Positions 29,109 to 37,988 of a stretch of 55,013 nucleotides of DNA are shown piece by piece. Source of the stretch: a virus (Duplodnaviria; Caudoviricetes); IMG/VR virus record IMGVR_UViG_3300022074_000052, positions 1 through 55,013 of that record; one strand, written 5' to 3'. Numbering within the stretch: the first letter of the stretch is position 1; each line of letters starts with the position of its first letter. The notes under the pieces were generated by a model. The model was not told the DNA's origin, did not search any database, and saw only the letters and a list, made by a program, of their open reading frames with translations. The position numbers were made by a program, and so were the translations under genes.

Positions 29109-29275
29109 TTCTTCTTACCTTTATTGTTAAACTGGTCAGGTTGAATAAGACCTTTTGCAATGTCACGTCTTATCATGGCTTTGTACTTCTTAATTGTCTC
29201 TGGTTTGAGGTAACGTATTTGCCTTAGTCTTTCATCTTTGGCAATCGGCTTTAATTTAAATCTATCATCTGTCAT
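29105..29275 (-). CDS. Small basic hypothetical protein
   Basis: Not in ORF track; MTDDRFKLKPIAKDERLRQIRYLKPETIKKYKAMIRRDIAKGLIQPDQFNNKGKKK*; ATGA overlaps at both ends. Confidence 0.65.
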   Translation of the reverse strand: MTDDRFKLKPIAKDERLRQIRYLKPETIKKYKAMIRRDIAKGLIQPDQFNNKGKKK

Positions 29276-29499
29276 TTCATAAACTCTGGTTTTGGTAATG
29301 GTATTTTAACCTCGACTATAAAGTTGTCCACCTCTACACAGTTTGCTTTTCCAATTATTGGGTCACGCACTTGTTTTAGGCTCTGCGCTACGTACATGCA
29401 CGTTTCGTGGTCGTGAAAGTGAACCCTGCCCATTTCTATATGGTGGTCTGAAATATCTGGAACTAATAGTAAATGCAATACAAAGTAAGTTGTTTTCAT
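29272..29499 (-). CDS. Hypothetical protein
   Basis: Purine-rich leader AGAAAGAGAGAGAC-ATG; two Cys. Confidence 0.6.
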   Translation of the reverse strand: MKTTYFVLHLLLVPDISDHHIEMGRVHFHDHETCMYVAQSLKQVRDPIIGKANCVEVDNFIVEVKIPLPKPEFMK

Positions 29500-29519
29500 G
29501 TCTCTCTCTTTCTTTAGGT

Positions 29520-29702
29520 TGCCCCCCTTCTAAGAGGGGGGTCTAAGTTTTTACATGCCCTACCATGATGAAGTTACAGGGAAGGATATATGATAAACCT
29601 GCCTTCACCGCAGTGGATTTCGATTAATATGCTTACATGTGTGTCCTCAACGCTCTCACTGCTTACGTCCTACCAAGACAAAAATAATAAAAACTTGGTA
29701 GA
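29520..29702 (-). ncRNA. Candidate structured small RNA (four hairpins, one loop antisense to early-gene RBS)
   Basis: Stems 29670-77/29694-701, 29610-15/29657-62, 29567-80/29598-609 and 29522-27/29536-41; no minus-strand ORF. Confidence 0.5.
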
Positions 29703-30026
29703 TTATTCGTACTGAACTGGGAAGTCCATCTCTTCTATACCTTTGAGTATATTCTCTATATCCATCATGTTCTCTTCGTTAACTACACAGGCGATGCCTC
29801 CCGCTACACCTATGTCTGTTAAGTTCTTATCCTGTAACGGTGTAGGTTTGTTTTTCCCAGCCTTACATTCAAACGCAAAGAAGTTACCTCTATGGCAACC
29901 AACAATATCAGGCACTCCGCTACGTCCATACCCACCTGTGACTGGGTAGAAGTAATACGCTCCTAACTGCTTGAGTTGTTCCGTTACCTTCTTTTTTACT
30001 TTTGCTTCTGGAGTCATCACCATCAT
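29703..30026 (-). CDS. VRR-NUC domain nuclease (Holliday junction resolvase-like)
   Basis: TPEAKVK...GYGRSGVPDIVGC..G.F.AFECKA....PT.LQ; start could be 30017. Confidence 0.85.
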   Translation of the reverse strand: MMVMTPEAKVKKKVTEQLKQLGAYYFYPVTGGYGRSGVPDIVGCHRGNFFAFECKAGKNKPTPLQDKNLTDIGVAGGIACVVNEENMMDIENILKGIEEMDFPVQYE

Positions 30027-30247
30027 TGCTTGCTGTCCTTATCAAAAAACTTTGCGTCCATCCACGCATCAAAGAATGTAGAATATCTACCTACTACCTC
30101 TCCAGTGTTGATAGCATCTGCGTCTGTACATGTTACTGTGAAGTCATCATCACTTTCATCATAATCTATCATGTGCCACTCTGTGTCCATCGGTAACTTT
30201 ACTGTCACCCCATCTTCCTTTATTTGTTTCATAAACTTTCTTTTCAT
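30023..30247 (-). CDS. Hypothetical protein
   Basis: RBS GAGGG; ATGA-coupled to the next gene. Confidence 0.65.
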   Translation of the reverse strand: MKRKFMKQIKEDGVTVKLPMDTEWHMIDYDESDDDFTVTCTDADAINTGEVVGRYSTFFDAWMDAKFFDKDSKQ

Positions 30248-30275
30248 ATCTATCCCTCAAAAAAACTGGTTTCAA

Positions 30276-30301
30276 TGTGGGCAACTCGAAAGCCACCCAC
30301 A
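30276..30301 (-). terminator. Hairpin (possible terminator or processing site)
   Basis: TGTGGG...CCCACA stem just after the stop at 30306; the T7 run is displaced about 10 nt downstream. Confidence 0.4.
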
Positions 30302-30305
30302 CCAT

Positions 30306-30584
30306 TTAGCTTAGTGAACCACTAACCTCTTTTACATAAATATAAAACTCGCTATCGCTTGCTCTATACCCTATCTCTGAATTATACTCTAACATGGGTT
30401 CAAGCATCATCAGCACTACCAACTTATCTTGAACCCACTTAGGTAGATCGTCTACACTGTCATACCACTCTTTTAATTCACTGTCAACACAATACATACC
30501 TAAACATAACACATGAACTCTTTTCGTATTAACATCTATCTTAACTTGGTATAACGTGTAATCCTGTGTGTTACTGTATGACAT
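30306..30584 (-). CDS. Hypothetical protein
   Basis: Likely start MSYSN at 30584; 'Y.SVDDLP.WVQDKL.VL'. Confidence 0.65.
   Translation of the reverse strand: MSYSNTQDYTLYQVKIDVNTKRVHVLCLGMYCVDSELKEWYDSVDDLPKWVQDKLVVLMMLEPMLEYNSEIGYRASDSEFYIYVKEVSGSLS
30309..30327. promoter_or_regulatory. 19-bp palindromic operator-like site 1
   Basis: GCTTAGTGAACCACTAACC. Confidence 0.75.
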
Positions 30585-31422
30585 AAAACATATTGTCTCC
30601 TGCCTTATAGCCCACGTCATCGACAAAGCCTTCACCCTCTAACACGTTAAGAGACATTACCTTACCTTTGATCTCTTCAGGCAGAGTTGCAACAGAGTAC
30701 TCCTCGTAAGGCATATCAGCCCACGACCCTACATAGTTAACATCTTTCGTACACACGATATAGGTTTCGTTACCCCACTTCATGTAAGCATAAACAAAGT
30801 ATAAGTTGAGTTTTTTCTGTTTATCCTCAAACCACTCCTTGCGTTTAGCGACCATCTCTAACACGTTATCATGCAGTTCTTTGTCCAAGAATGTATGTCC
30901 GTTCTCTACTAGGCTTACCAACTCAAGTGCCATCTTCTCTCTGTTGCCACCCTCTAAACCTATCTTATGTTGGCACTCGCTGTAGGCATGCGCGAACTTT
31001 TTACGCACTTGCTCGAACGCCCTATTGATACTTGAATACTCTTTCTGCGCTACCACGCCCCAAGGTATAGGTCTGAGATATGCTTTCGCGTTTCGTATAG
31101 CTTGGTGCATGTTTACAGACATTTTCATATTATAGTTATCGTTGTAGTCAGCATACTTGTCATTGCATATGTTAGGTGATGACACACAAAAGTGTTCGAG
31201 CTGCCTTTCAGCATTTTCTCTTGGGTCGCCAAAGTATAAGCACCCCATAGGATATGGGTGTCCTTCCATATGCACAAACTTGTAATAGTCATTAGTATAT
31301 GTACCAAACTTGATACCTCTAATGGCTTTTCGCACCTCTCTACAAAACTTATCAATAGGTTCGTTCGTAGTCGGTTGGTATTCTGTTAGGTCGTTTACCC
31401 TTATGTCAAATTTTCTATCCAT
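30571..31422 (-). CDS. Hypothetical early protein
   Basis: 283-aa ORF; RBS AAGGAG; C-terminus 'Y....LPEEI..KV..L......VG' resembles the downstream ORF. Confidence 0.75.
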   Translation of the reverse strand: MDRKFDIRVNDLTEYQPTTNEPIDKFCREVRKAIRGIKFGTYTNDYYKFVHMEGHPYPMGCLYFGDPRENAERQLEHFCVSSPNICNDKYADYNDNYNMKMSVNMHQAIRNAKAYLRPIPWGVVAQKEYSSINRAFEQVRKKFAHAYSECQHKIGLEGGNREKMALELVSLVENGHTFLDKELHDNVLEMVAKRKEWFEDKQKKLNLYFVYAYMKWGNETYIVCTKDVNYVGSWADMPYEEYSVATLPEEIKGKVMSLNVLEGEGFVDDVGYKAGDNMFYVIQ

Positions 31423-31618
31423 TACGCTCTCCTTCTCTCTCTATCTTCACGTACTGACGTGTTAGTTTGTGTTTAAAATAATAGTATTCTTTGTCTACGT
31501 GCATGAGCATGTAAAAGTTTTTCATCTGCTCAAACGACCTCTCAAACATCTGCTTCACGTTATCAGGTGTTAGCAAGTCACCGTGTACCACTGCTGTGGC
31601 GTATGTATCATTCTTCAT
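31415..31618 (-). CDS. Hypothetical early protein
   Basis: RBS AAGGAG; overlapping coupling. Confidence 0.65.
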   Translation of the reverse strand: MKNDTYATAVVHGDLLTPDNVKQMFERSFEQMKNFYMLMHVDKEYYYFKHKLTRQYVKIEREGERNG

Positions 31619-31805
31619 TGTACATCTCCTTTCTCCACTTTTTAATTTTGTCTTTTAGTTCGTTAGCATAGATAGTCCTTCCCACAGCAAGTATACTGTC
31701 GTCGGGTTCATCTTCTCTCGTTTTCCATGCCTTATCCAACTCCTTCTCAATCTTCTTGAGTAACTTGTGACAGTCCTCAAGATATACACCACTCCATTTA
31801 GCCAT
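31608..31805 (-). CDS. Hypothetical early protein
   Basis: RBS GGAGGGAG before ATG 31805 (MAKW). Confidence 0.65.
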   Translation of the reverse strand: MAKWSGVYLEDCHKLLKKIEKELDKAWKTREDEPDDSILAVGRTIYANELKDKIKKWRKEMYNEE

Positions 31806-32154
31806 TACTCCCTCCATAATTCATGTAGTCAACAAACCATCGCATGAATGAGTTACAGTTGATGTTAGTTGATACACAACCACACCTAAACTGGTCAGGT
31901 AGAAACCTAAACTCGTACTGCCACTCCATACCCTTGGGGTGATAGAAGTACAAGTCACCTGCACCATAATTTACGTAACCAATTTTACTACGCTCTATAA
32001 CTCTGTGTACTCTCCAAGAAACATGAGCATAGAAAGAACCATCGGGTAATGGGTCGTCTATATCATCTCTACCTCTTGAATACTTGGGTTCGTAAGACAG
32101 TATACGCATCTGCAACGCATGTACCTCTTCTTCACTAAACTTTTTATCAGACAT
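31798..32154 (-). CDS. Hypothetical early protein
   Basis: RBS GGAGGGAG; 118 aa. Confidence 0.7.
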   Translation of the reverse strand: MSDKKFSEEEVHALQMRILSYEPKYSRGRDDIDDPLPDGSFYAHVSWRVHRVIERSKIGYVNYGAGDLYFYHPKGMEWQYEFRFLPDQFRCGCVSTNINCNSFMRWFVDYMNYGGSNG

Positions 32155-32611
32155 CTACTCCCTCCTTCAGTTTTTTAAATGAATCATCGTCGTTAAATAC
32201 TAATACGGCAGGTTCTATTTCCATTCGTTCATCACAAACCTCCTCTAACTCCTTACAGTTCTCGCCCTCGTCTCCACTTGTGGCTCCATCTTCTCCCACA
32301 GTTAGTTCTCTGTAGGCATACTTGAACCCATCTCTTTCCTTGGCAAACTGTTCAACCACTTGGAACAATTTTCGAAACGCTTGCACGTCATCGAACTCGT
32401 CGTACCACTTCACGTAAGTTGTTCGGTACTCCATCATACAATACCCCCCAGTATTACCATCGGGGTCAAACTCACGCTCGTATATTGTCCAATGATTAAA
32501 CACATCTTCTCGTTGCACGTCAGGGTGCATCTTGTACACAGACAAAACTTCTTGTAAGTCATCCCAATCTTTTAGGACAACGACAAGACCAACGTCACTA
32601 TAGTAACCCAT
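32147..32611 (-). CDS. Hypothetical early protein (MGY.SDV type)
   Basis: RBS GGAGG; 'VKWY.E..DV', 'GED' motifs. Confidence 0.7.
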   Translation of the reverse strand: MGYYSDVGLVVVLKDWDDLQEVLSVYKMHPDVQREDVFNHWTIYEREFDPDGNTGGYCMMEYRTTYVKWYDEFDDVQAFRKLFQVVEQFAKERDGFKYAYRELTVGEDGATSGDEGENCKELEEVCDERMEIEPAVLVFNDDDSFKKLKEGVDV

Positions 32612-33549
32612 TACTTCACCTCCTCTGTTCTAGCTTCATGTATGTTCTTGGTAAGACCGAGTGTCTTGTTAACCCATCTGTTCCAACTCACTCTGACCTT
32701 GGACGCATGCTCTTGGTCTTTGACTTCTTGAACTCCTTGATAACCGTATAACGGGCTACCACGTAACCAATCAACAGCAAGATGTAAACGCATGGGGTGT
32801 TTCTCGTCACGCATGATGTTCTTGTACAGTTCTATCTGTTCTTTGTGATATTGCTTTACCCCATACCGATTACTGAAATTATTTATCTTGTTCTCGTTCA
32901 TGTAATCGGTTAACTCTCTCTGCATCTTGTAGTTGTACTCCCAATCATTCACGGGTAACATGGCGTACACAGTTGATATCCACTCGTAGAACTTGTCCGC
33001 ATGAGGTTTAATCTCTGCCTTTGCATCCTTGTTTACTTGGGTCATGGCGTGTCGGAATACGTACTCCTTACCAATGTGTTGCCACGTAGCGTGTTTACGT
33101 GCAAACTGTAGTGACTTACTAATGTCCTTGGGTATATAGAAGTCTTTCTCACCATCGCCTTCCTTTGTCCACTCTCTATCTTCGTCGTAGTTCGTATGTC
33201 TCTGCGTCTTACGATTCATGCTGATGTACTGTCTACCCGAACTGCCAAGAATGAAGAAACGTAGGTCATGAGGTAACAAGTTATCAAGAAACGTGTAACA
33301 ATCGGTATACCCGTTGTTACGTATGGTTATGACTTCGATGTCTTGTTTCATCTCCCACGATACTATCGTGTCACCATTCAGCATCATGTCGTAATGTGTG
33401 TCCGACCTTTTGAGTATGTACTCTCGTCTGCCATACGCTCTGTCACCTATCGGTATGTAATTCGTACCACGTATGGGGTTAGTGTTTGCATACCTTAGAG
33501 ATATGTCTCTGAAATTATTTACTCTGTGATTTGTATGTCTTAATACCAT
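32611..33549 (-). CDS. Hypothetical early protein
   Basis: Probable start ATG 33549 behind GAAAGGATATATC. Confidence 0.75.
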   Translation of the reverse strand: MVLRHTNHRVNNFRDISLRYANTNPIRGTNYIPIGDRAYGRREYILKRSDTHYDMMLNGDTIVSWEMKQDIEVITIRNNGYTDCYTFLDNLLPHDLRFFILGSSGRQYISMNRKTQRHTNYDEDREWTKEGDGEKDFYIPKDISKSLQFARKHATWQHIGKEYVFRHAMTQVNKDAKAEIKPHADKFYEWISTVYAMLPVNDWEYNYKMQRELTDYMNENKINNFSNRYGVKQYHKEQIELYKNIMRDEKHPMRLHLAVDWLRGSPLYGYQGVQEVKDQEHASKVRVSWNRWVNKTLGLTKNIHEARTEEVK

Positions 33550-33572
33550 GATATATCCTTTCAATTGGTAAA

Positions 33573-33591
33573 GGTTAGTGAGTCACTAACC
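33573..33591. promoter_or_regulatory. 19-bp palindromic operator-like site 2 (perfect palindrome)
   Basis: GGTTAGTGAGTCACTAACC, intergenic. Confidence 0.8.
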
Positions 33592-33593
33592 AC

Positions 33594-34802
33594 TTAAAGA
33601 TTTTCTGACTTGACGTGTAACGTCTTGCCAACTTTTGAATGAGTGTTCTTGTTATCCAAGATTACCCATAGTGTAGGGCAAGCCCACTTACCCCACGAAC
33701 CACCCAAGTAACCATCTGTTAGAACAATAGTTGCTTGGGGTTTGATACCATGCTCTGCCATATATTCGGGAACGCATGATACTTCTGTGCCACCACCTCC
33801 ACGTGGTTTTGTGGATTGTGGTAGGTCATCTAGCTTGTCCATCTCATACACCTCGTCACGACATACCTGTGTATCCCAGTAAAGTACACGTACCTTGCTA
33901 GGTTTTACTGTGTCGCATATGCCTTTGACTTCTGACAGGAACGTGGTCAACTCTCGCTGACCAATAGAACCTGATGTGTCGATAGCCAATACCAGTTCCT
34001 CGACCTTCTCCGATATGCCACTAGGCATTATCAAGTCTAGGTGTAGATACCGTCTGTTAGGTTTGTTGTATGTTGAGAAGTCACCACCTGCGCATGTATC
34101 GGTGATGAAGTCACGCAACACTTCACGCCAGTTGACTTGTGGTTCTAGAAATTGTTCGAGTGTCCTATCGCCACCTGACCCAGTCTTCCCTGCGACCAAC
34201 GCACCCTGACGTATTACGTCGTCAATATCCTTCGCCAGTTCTTTCTGTTCCTCGTCGGATATGCCTTGTGCATCTTCCCAACCGTGATCGTCCAGTGGCT
34301 TACCACCTTGACCATCGTTAGGCTGACCACCACCTTGCTTTTTCTTTTTGTACAAAGCATTGAATATCTCTGGAACACTCATGTTAGCATACTCTTCGCT
34401 GTAACAACCTATAGTCAACGCACCAGTCATAGTTGCAAACTTGTCGTCTTTGTTGTCCTCGACGAGCTTGTGGTTTATCCAGAAGTCACACGCCATGTTC
34501 GCGCACTCTGGGTCTGTCTTATGCAAGCCATAGTATATGTGTAGATGACGTGCTAACTTGTGATAGTTCTCATGCAATACCAAAAACCGTAGCTCTGGGT
34601 CGTTCAAGCTATCACAGAAACCACGACCATAACTCTCGTCGCGTCCGTTGGTGCAAGCAGTAGGAATGTCATCTCTGACACTCCTATTACCAATGGCAAG
34701 TAGTCCTGCTAGTGCAATGTACTTGTCGTTCATCATGATATCTGATACTGCCTTCTGTAGTCGCTGTTCGACAGTAAGATTTTGTTTAATCAATAGGTTC
34801 AT
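33594..34802 (-). CDS. DUF2201-type metallopeptidase plus vWA domain protein
   Basis: TACTNG, LHENYH (HExxH), N.ACD..IN; MIDAS DTSGS; GGGGT, LTDG; start MNLL at 34802 behind AAAGGAG. Confidence 0.85.
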   Translation of the reverse strand: MNLLIKQNLTVEQRLQKAVSDIMMNDKYIALAGLLAIGNRSVRDDIPTACTNGRDESYGRGFCDSLNDPELRFLVLHENYHKLARHLHIYYGLHKTDPECANMACDFWINHKLVEDNKDDKFATMTGALTIGCYSEEYANMSVPEIFNALYKKKKQGGGQPNDGQGGKPLDDHGWEDAQGISDEEQKELAKDIDDVIRQGALVAGKTGSGGDRTLEQFLEPQVNWREVLRDFITDTCAGGDFSTYNKPNRRYLHLDLIMPSGISEKVEELVLAIDTSGSIGQRELTTFLSEVKGICDTVKPSKVRVLYWDTQVCRDEVYEMDKLDDLPQSTKPRGGGGTEVSCVPEYMAEHGIKPQATIVLTDGYLGGSWGKWACPTLWVILDNKNTHSKVGKTLHVKSENL

Positions 34803-35008
34803 GTTTTCTCCTTTCCTATCTTCTCTACTTTTATTGACAGTAAATCTTTCCAACTGTGGGTCGGGTGATATACTGGGTGGTCAAGAAACAATCTGCGTAT
34901 GTGTCTCCTACGTATAGCCTTCGCGGGGTCAACTTCATGTTTCTGACATAACGAGTCAAAGTGTATTAACCACTCTTCGAACTTCGGTCCGATTAACCTA
35001 CTACTCAT
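34799..35008 (-). CDS. Small hypothetical protein
   Basis: Between ATPase and vWA genes; G-rich RBS; ATGA-coupled to the vWA gene. Confidence 0.55.
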   Translation of the reverse strand: MSSRLIGPKFEEWLIHFDSLCQKHEVDPAKAIRRRHIRRLFLDHPVYHPTHSWKDLLSIKVEKIGKEKT

Positions 35009-35017
35009 TCACGCCCC

Positions 35018-36115
35018 CTATCTCTTGTCTGCTTGATAAAGATGTTGGTTCTTCGTCGCCCACTCTGTGAACTTAGCGTTAGTCATTACGATAGATTGAT
35101 GCTGATAGTTCTTGGCACGAACACCGTTAACGAATATGGATTGCACCTCTTCATCTAGTCTAACAAGATACTCCATGAACGGTGTCACAAAGTCTCTGCT
35201 CATAGAACCAAGCGAACGAAAGATAACCATGACCTTGGCACTTACGCTATCAGGTATCTTCGCTGTCTGTGGACTGTTCTTGATATCGTCACGGCTAGGC
35301 AACTGACCAAGCAGTTTGACGTATGCCATCAAGTCCAATGCACCACGTTCGCCAATCGTACCAATCAATGCTGACGTTAGTATGTTGTCTCCTAACGTGT
35401 CACGCTTGTGTACCAAGTCGCTTGCTATGTGCAGACCACGTGGCGTAACAAACGCTGTACGCTGTTGATTGGGGTGAAAGATGTATGGGTTGTCGTCTGG
35501 GTTCTTTACTTCTTCGAACGAGTGAAACAACTGTGGTGTGTCTTTCGCCCAACCAAGAACTGACGAGTTGATGCCATTGTTTAGACCCCACGCTAGCCAC
35601 TCTGTGTTTGTAGACTTACGTACGGTGATAAGAACTATCCTGTCACGTTGATGTGCTTCAAGCATATCGCCCACACCTTCGGAACCTTTGTTCGTTGTAC
35701 CAAAGATAATACTGTCTGGGTGTAACGTGTTATTGCCCAACTGTCTTTCTAGTACCAACCTGGTTAACGCCATCTTCACCGACTTGTTTGCTTTACCAAA
35801 CTCGTCGAGGTCAATGATTACTGGCTTGTCCTTGATGTGCAAACCAAACTCTTCATTCGGTACGAACGATACGTAGTCTTGGTCGCCATTCGCTTTGAAC
35901 TTCGGCATCATGATATCGCCCAAGTCTTTGGTAGTGCAGTCAACGTAGCACGGTATGTGATTGGGTAGTTCCTTGGCTAGCATCTTCAATACTGAAGATT
36001 TGCCATTACCCATGTCACCTTGTAACAAGACAGTACGCTGTGTACCGATTTGAAGTATGAGATCTTTACACTCTTCAAGACCGAGTGCGTATGTTGCTTT
36101 TCCTATGTTTTGCAT
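35018..36115 (-). CDS. MoxR-like AAA+ ATPase
   Basis: Walker A GDMGNGKS, Walker B IDLDE, TTN, TPR; adjacent to the vWA partner. Confidence 0.85.
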   Translation of the reverse strand: MQNIGKATYALGLEECKDLILQIGTQRTVLLQGDMGNGKSSVLKMLAKELPNHIPCYVDCTTKDLGDIMMPKFKANGDQDYVSFVPNEEFGLHIKDKPVIIDLDEFGKANKSVKMALTRLVLERQLGNNTLHPDSIIFGTTNKGSEGVGDMLEAHQRDRIVLITVRKSTNTEWLAWGLNNGINSSVLGWAKDTPQLFHSFEEVKNPDDNPYIFHPNQQRTAFVTPRGLHIASDLVHKRDTLGDNILTSALIGTIGERGALDLMAYVKLLGQLPSRDDIKNSPQTAKIPDSVSAKVMVIFRSLGSMSRDFVTPFMEYLVRLDEEVQSIFVNGVRAKNYQHQSIVMTNAKFTEWATKNQHLYQADKR

Positions 36116-36138
36116 AATATATCCTTTCTATGCGTTAG

Positions 36139-36157
36139 GGTTAGTGAACCACTAACC
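36139..36157. promoter_or_regulatory. 19-bp palindromic operator-like site 3
   Basis: GGTTAGTGAACCACTAACC, intergenic. Confidence 0.8.
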
Positions 36158-36159
36158 GA

Positions 36160-37047
36160 TTACCAACCAAGTGATTTGATTGAATTGATTGCGTCATCAA
36201 CACTTTGCTTTGTGTTCTGACGTAGCCTATCATCCTCGCGTAGTGCGTCGGGTGATATACCTTGGAACGTGTCTGACAACTGACGTGTCAACGTTTGTAG
36301 CCTTGCGTCTTGGTTCGACATGGGAACAAGCAAGTCTTCGAGCATACCTGTAATATTAGTCGTTAGGGTATCACGGAATACTTTCTTGTCCTCGTCGGTA
36401 GAGTAGTCTAGACGCTCGGATACGTTCTTCAAATAGACAACAAGTTTCTGCATCATGTTATCGATAGCCTTACCGAACATAGAGTTGTAGTGATTGTCGT
36501 AATCTTCACGCAATGCTTTCTCTTGCTCGTTGCCCATATCCACACGGAAGTCACCACTTGTCGGAAGTGGTACAAAACTCATTCGCCATGAGAACTTGCC
36601 TTGTAACACGTGAGCAGGTGGATAGTTGTCTTGGTGGTACAAGTCCCCTAGTAACGTCTGTGCGTTGACCACTGCGTCCTCATAGATATCAAAGAAGACA
36701 TTGACCAAGTTGTGAAACTCTTGCTCCAAGTTAGTCATGTGTTGCTTGTACTTGAAGAACGTAGCTGTAGGTAGCAGACGCATACCCATGTCTGACCAAG
36801 GTAGTGTCATGGCATAGTGCTGATTACGTGCATTGCCAACAAACTGTTGAATAGCTTTCAGTTCGGGGCAGTTACCCAACAACTTCTTATGAACACTCGC
36901 CACGTTAGGGTCGGTCTTCTTTGCCAACTCTAGTTCTGTCGATGCGTTCTTGTCTTGCTTGCGACCCGTCCAGACAGATGCGTTATATTCGACCAACATA
37001 GCAGAACTTGTTATGCTTGGTGCAGATGTTTCGATTTTGTTTTCCAT
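36160..37047 (-). CDS. DUF3150-like protein
   Basis: 'WTGRKQD...TLPWSD.G.RLLP...F...Y....LGDL....YP......KF'; start MENK at 37047 behind GGAGG. Confidence 0.6.
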   Translation of the reverse strand: MENKIETSAPSITSSAMLVEYNASVWTGRKQDKNASTELELAKKTDPNVASVHKKLLGNCPELKAIQQFVGNARNQHYAMTLPWSDMGMRLLPTATFFKYKQHMTNLEQEFHNLVNVFFDIYEDAVVNAQTLLGDLYHQDNYPPAHVLQGKFSWRMSFVPLPTSGDFRVDMGNEQEKALREDYDNHYNSMFGKAIDNMMQKLVVYLKNVSERLDYSTDEDKKVFRDTLTTNITGMLEDLLVPMSNQDARLQTLTRQLSDTFQGISPDALREDDRLRQNTKQSVDDAINSIKSLGW

Positions 37048-37051
37048 GTTA

Positions 37052-37369
37052 TTAACCTCCAAAGATTGCCCATAGTAGTATGCCAAAACCTAGCATACCG
37101 ATGAATAAAGCCATAAGGCTCACGAACTCGGCAAACATTGCCAAGAACTTATTTTCAATATCGTCGATTGATTTACCGTTGAGACGCATACCGAAAAATC
37201 TGTCAGACCTTCTGTCTTGTTCGAGTAGGTCGGGTAAACTCTTTATGAACTCCATCTCTTTCTTGGCTTTCGTTAGTGACTCACTAACCTCTTCACCTGC
37301 GTCGAACTGGATAATTCTATCGTCTTGCTCGACTTCCTTGATGTAATTTTCTGTTGGTTTATTTGTCAT
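37052..37369 (-). CDS. Hypothetical membrane protein (C-terminal TM)
   Basis: Start MTNK at 37369 behind AAGGAG; hydrophobic C-terminus. Confidence 0.65.
   Translation of the reverse strand: MTNKPTENYIKEVEQDDRIIQFDAGEEVSESLTKAKKEMEFIKSLPDLLEQDRRSDRFFGMRLNGKSIDDIENKFLAMFAEFVSLMALFIGMLGFGILLWAIFGG
37271..37289. promoter_or_regulatory. 19-bp palindromic operator-like site 4 (intragenic)
   Basis: CGTTAGTGACTCACTAACC. Confidence 0.75.
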
Positions 37370-37379
37370 ATCTTTCTCC

Positions 37380-37637
37380 TTAGTTACTTGTTTTGTTGTT
37401 GATGCCAACAAGGTCACTCTTACGAGTTACCACGACGTAGTTGGACTTGTGTACTGGCGCTATACAATACTTCACTTTACGTGCTATCGACTCACCACAT
37501 GATAGGCAAACGTTGTAGCCAAGAGCCGCACGTCGAGGGTCGAACTCGTCACCACAGTTTTCACATGGTATGCTTAGTGAATCACTAACCCACTTGCCAG
37601 TGTCGGGGTTGATGAACTTGTAGAACTTACTGGTCAT
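37380..37637 (-). CDS. C4 zinc-finger protein (DksA/TraR-like finger)
   Basis: CENCGDEFDPRRAALGYNVCLSC; first gene after a consensus promoter. Confidence 0.65.
   Translation of the reverse strand: MTSKFYKFINPDTGKWVSDSLSIPCENCGDEFDPRRAALGYNVCLSCGESIARKVKYCIAPVHKSNYVVVTRKSDLVGINNKTSN
37572..37590. promoter_or_regulatory. 19-bp palindromic operator-like site 5 (intragenic)
   Basis: GCTTAGTGAATCACTAACC. Confidence 0.75.
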
Positions 37638-37681
37638 AATTTGTATCCTTCTAAAAATTTACTCTTTTTTGATTATGACTT

Positions 37682-37710
37682 ATTATAGCATATATACCCT
37701 AACTTGTCAA
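37682..37710 (-). promoter_or_regulatory. Consensus sigma70 early promoter with extended -10
   Basis: Minus strand TTGACA-17 nt-TATAAT with TG at -15/-14. Confidence 0.85.
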
Positions 37711-37988
37711 GTAATACCGAGATTTTACTTTTGGTATTATCAAATTAAGTTTTACGTTACTTACTAAGCTACGGTGTAATGTACTGTAATGTACTCGAAT
37801 GTTCTGTTGTGTACGTCTGTAAGTATTTGATATTATTACAATGTTCTAATGTTCTCTTTTTTGGGGAATTGTGAAGGGGTGGCGGAACGTCTGTAAGAGG
37901 GCGAACATTACATACGCAAAGGTCGGTCGAGAGAATGTTGTCGCTCAATTTTTTAAAAATAGAACATTATATATATATATATAATATA

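Noticed and set aside
29590-29715. Plus-strand 41-codon ORF behind GAAGGA
   Set aside because: SD-ATG spacing is only 3 nt, it is antisense to the whole region, and no promoter is evident; the sequence is better explained as the minus-strand RNA loop, though not fully excluded.
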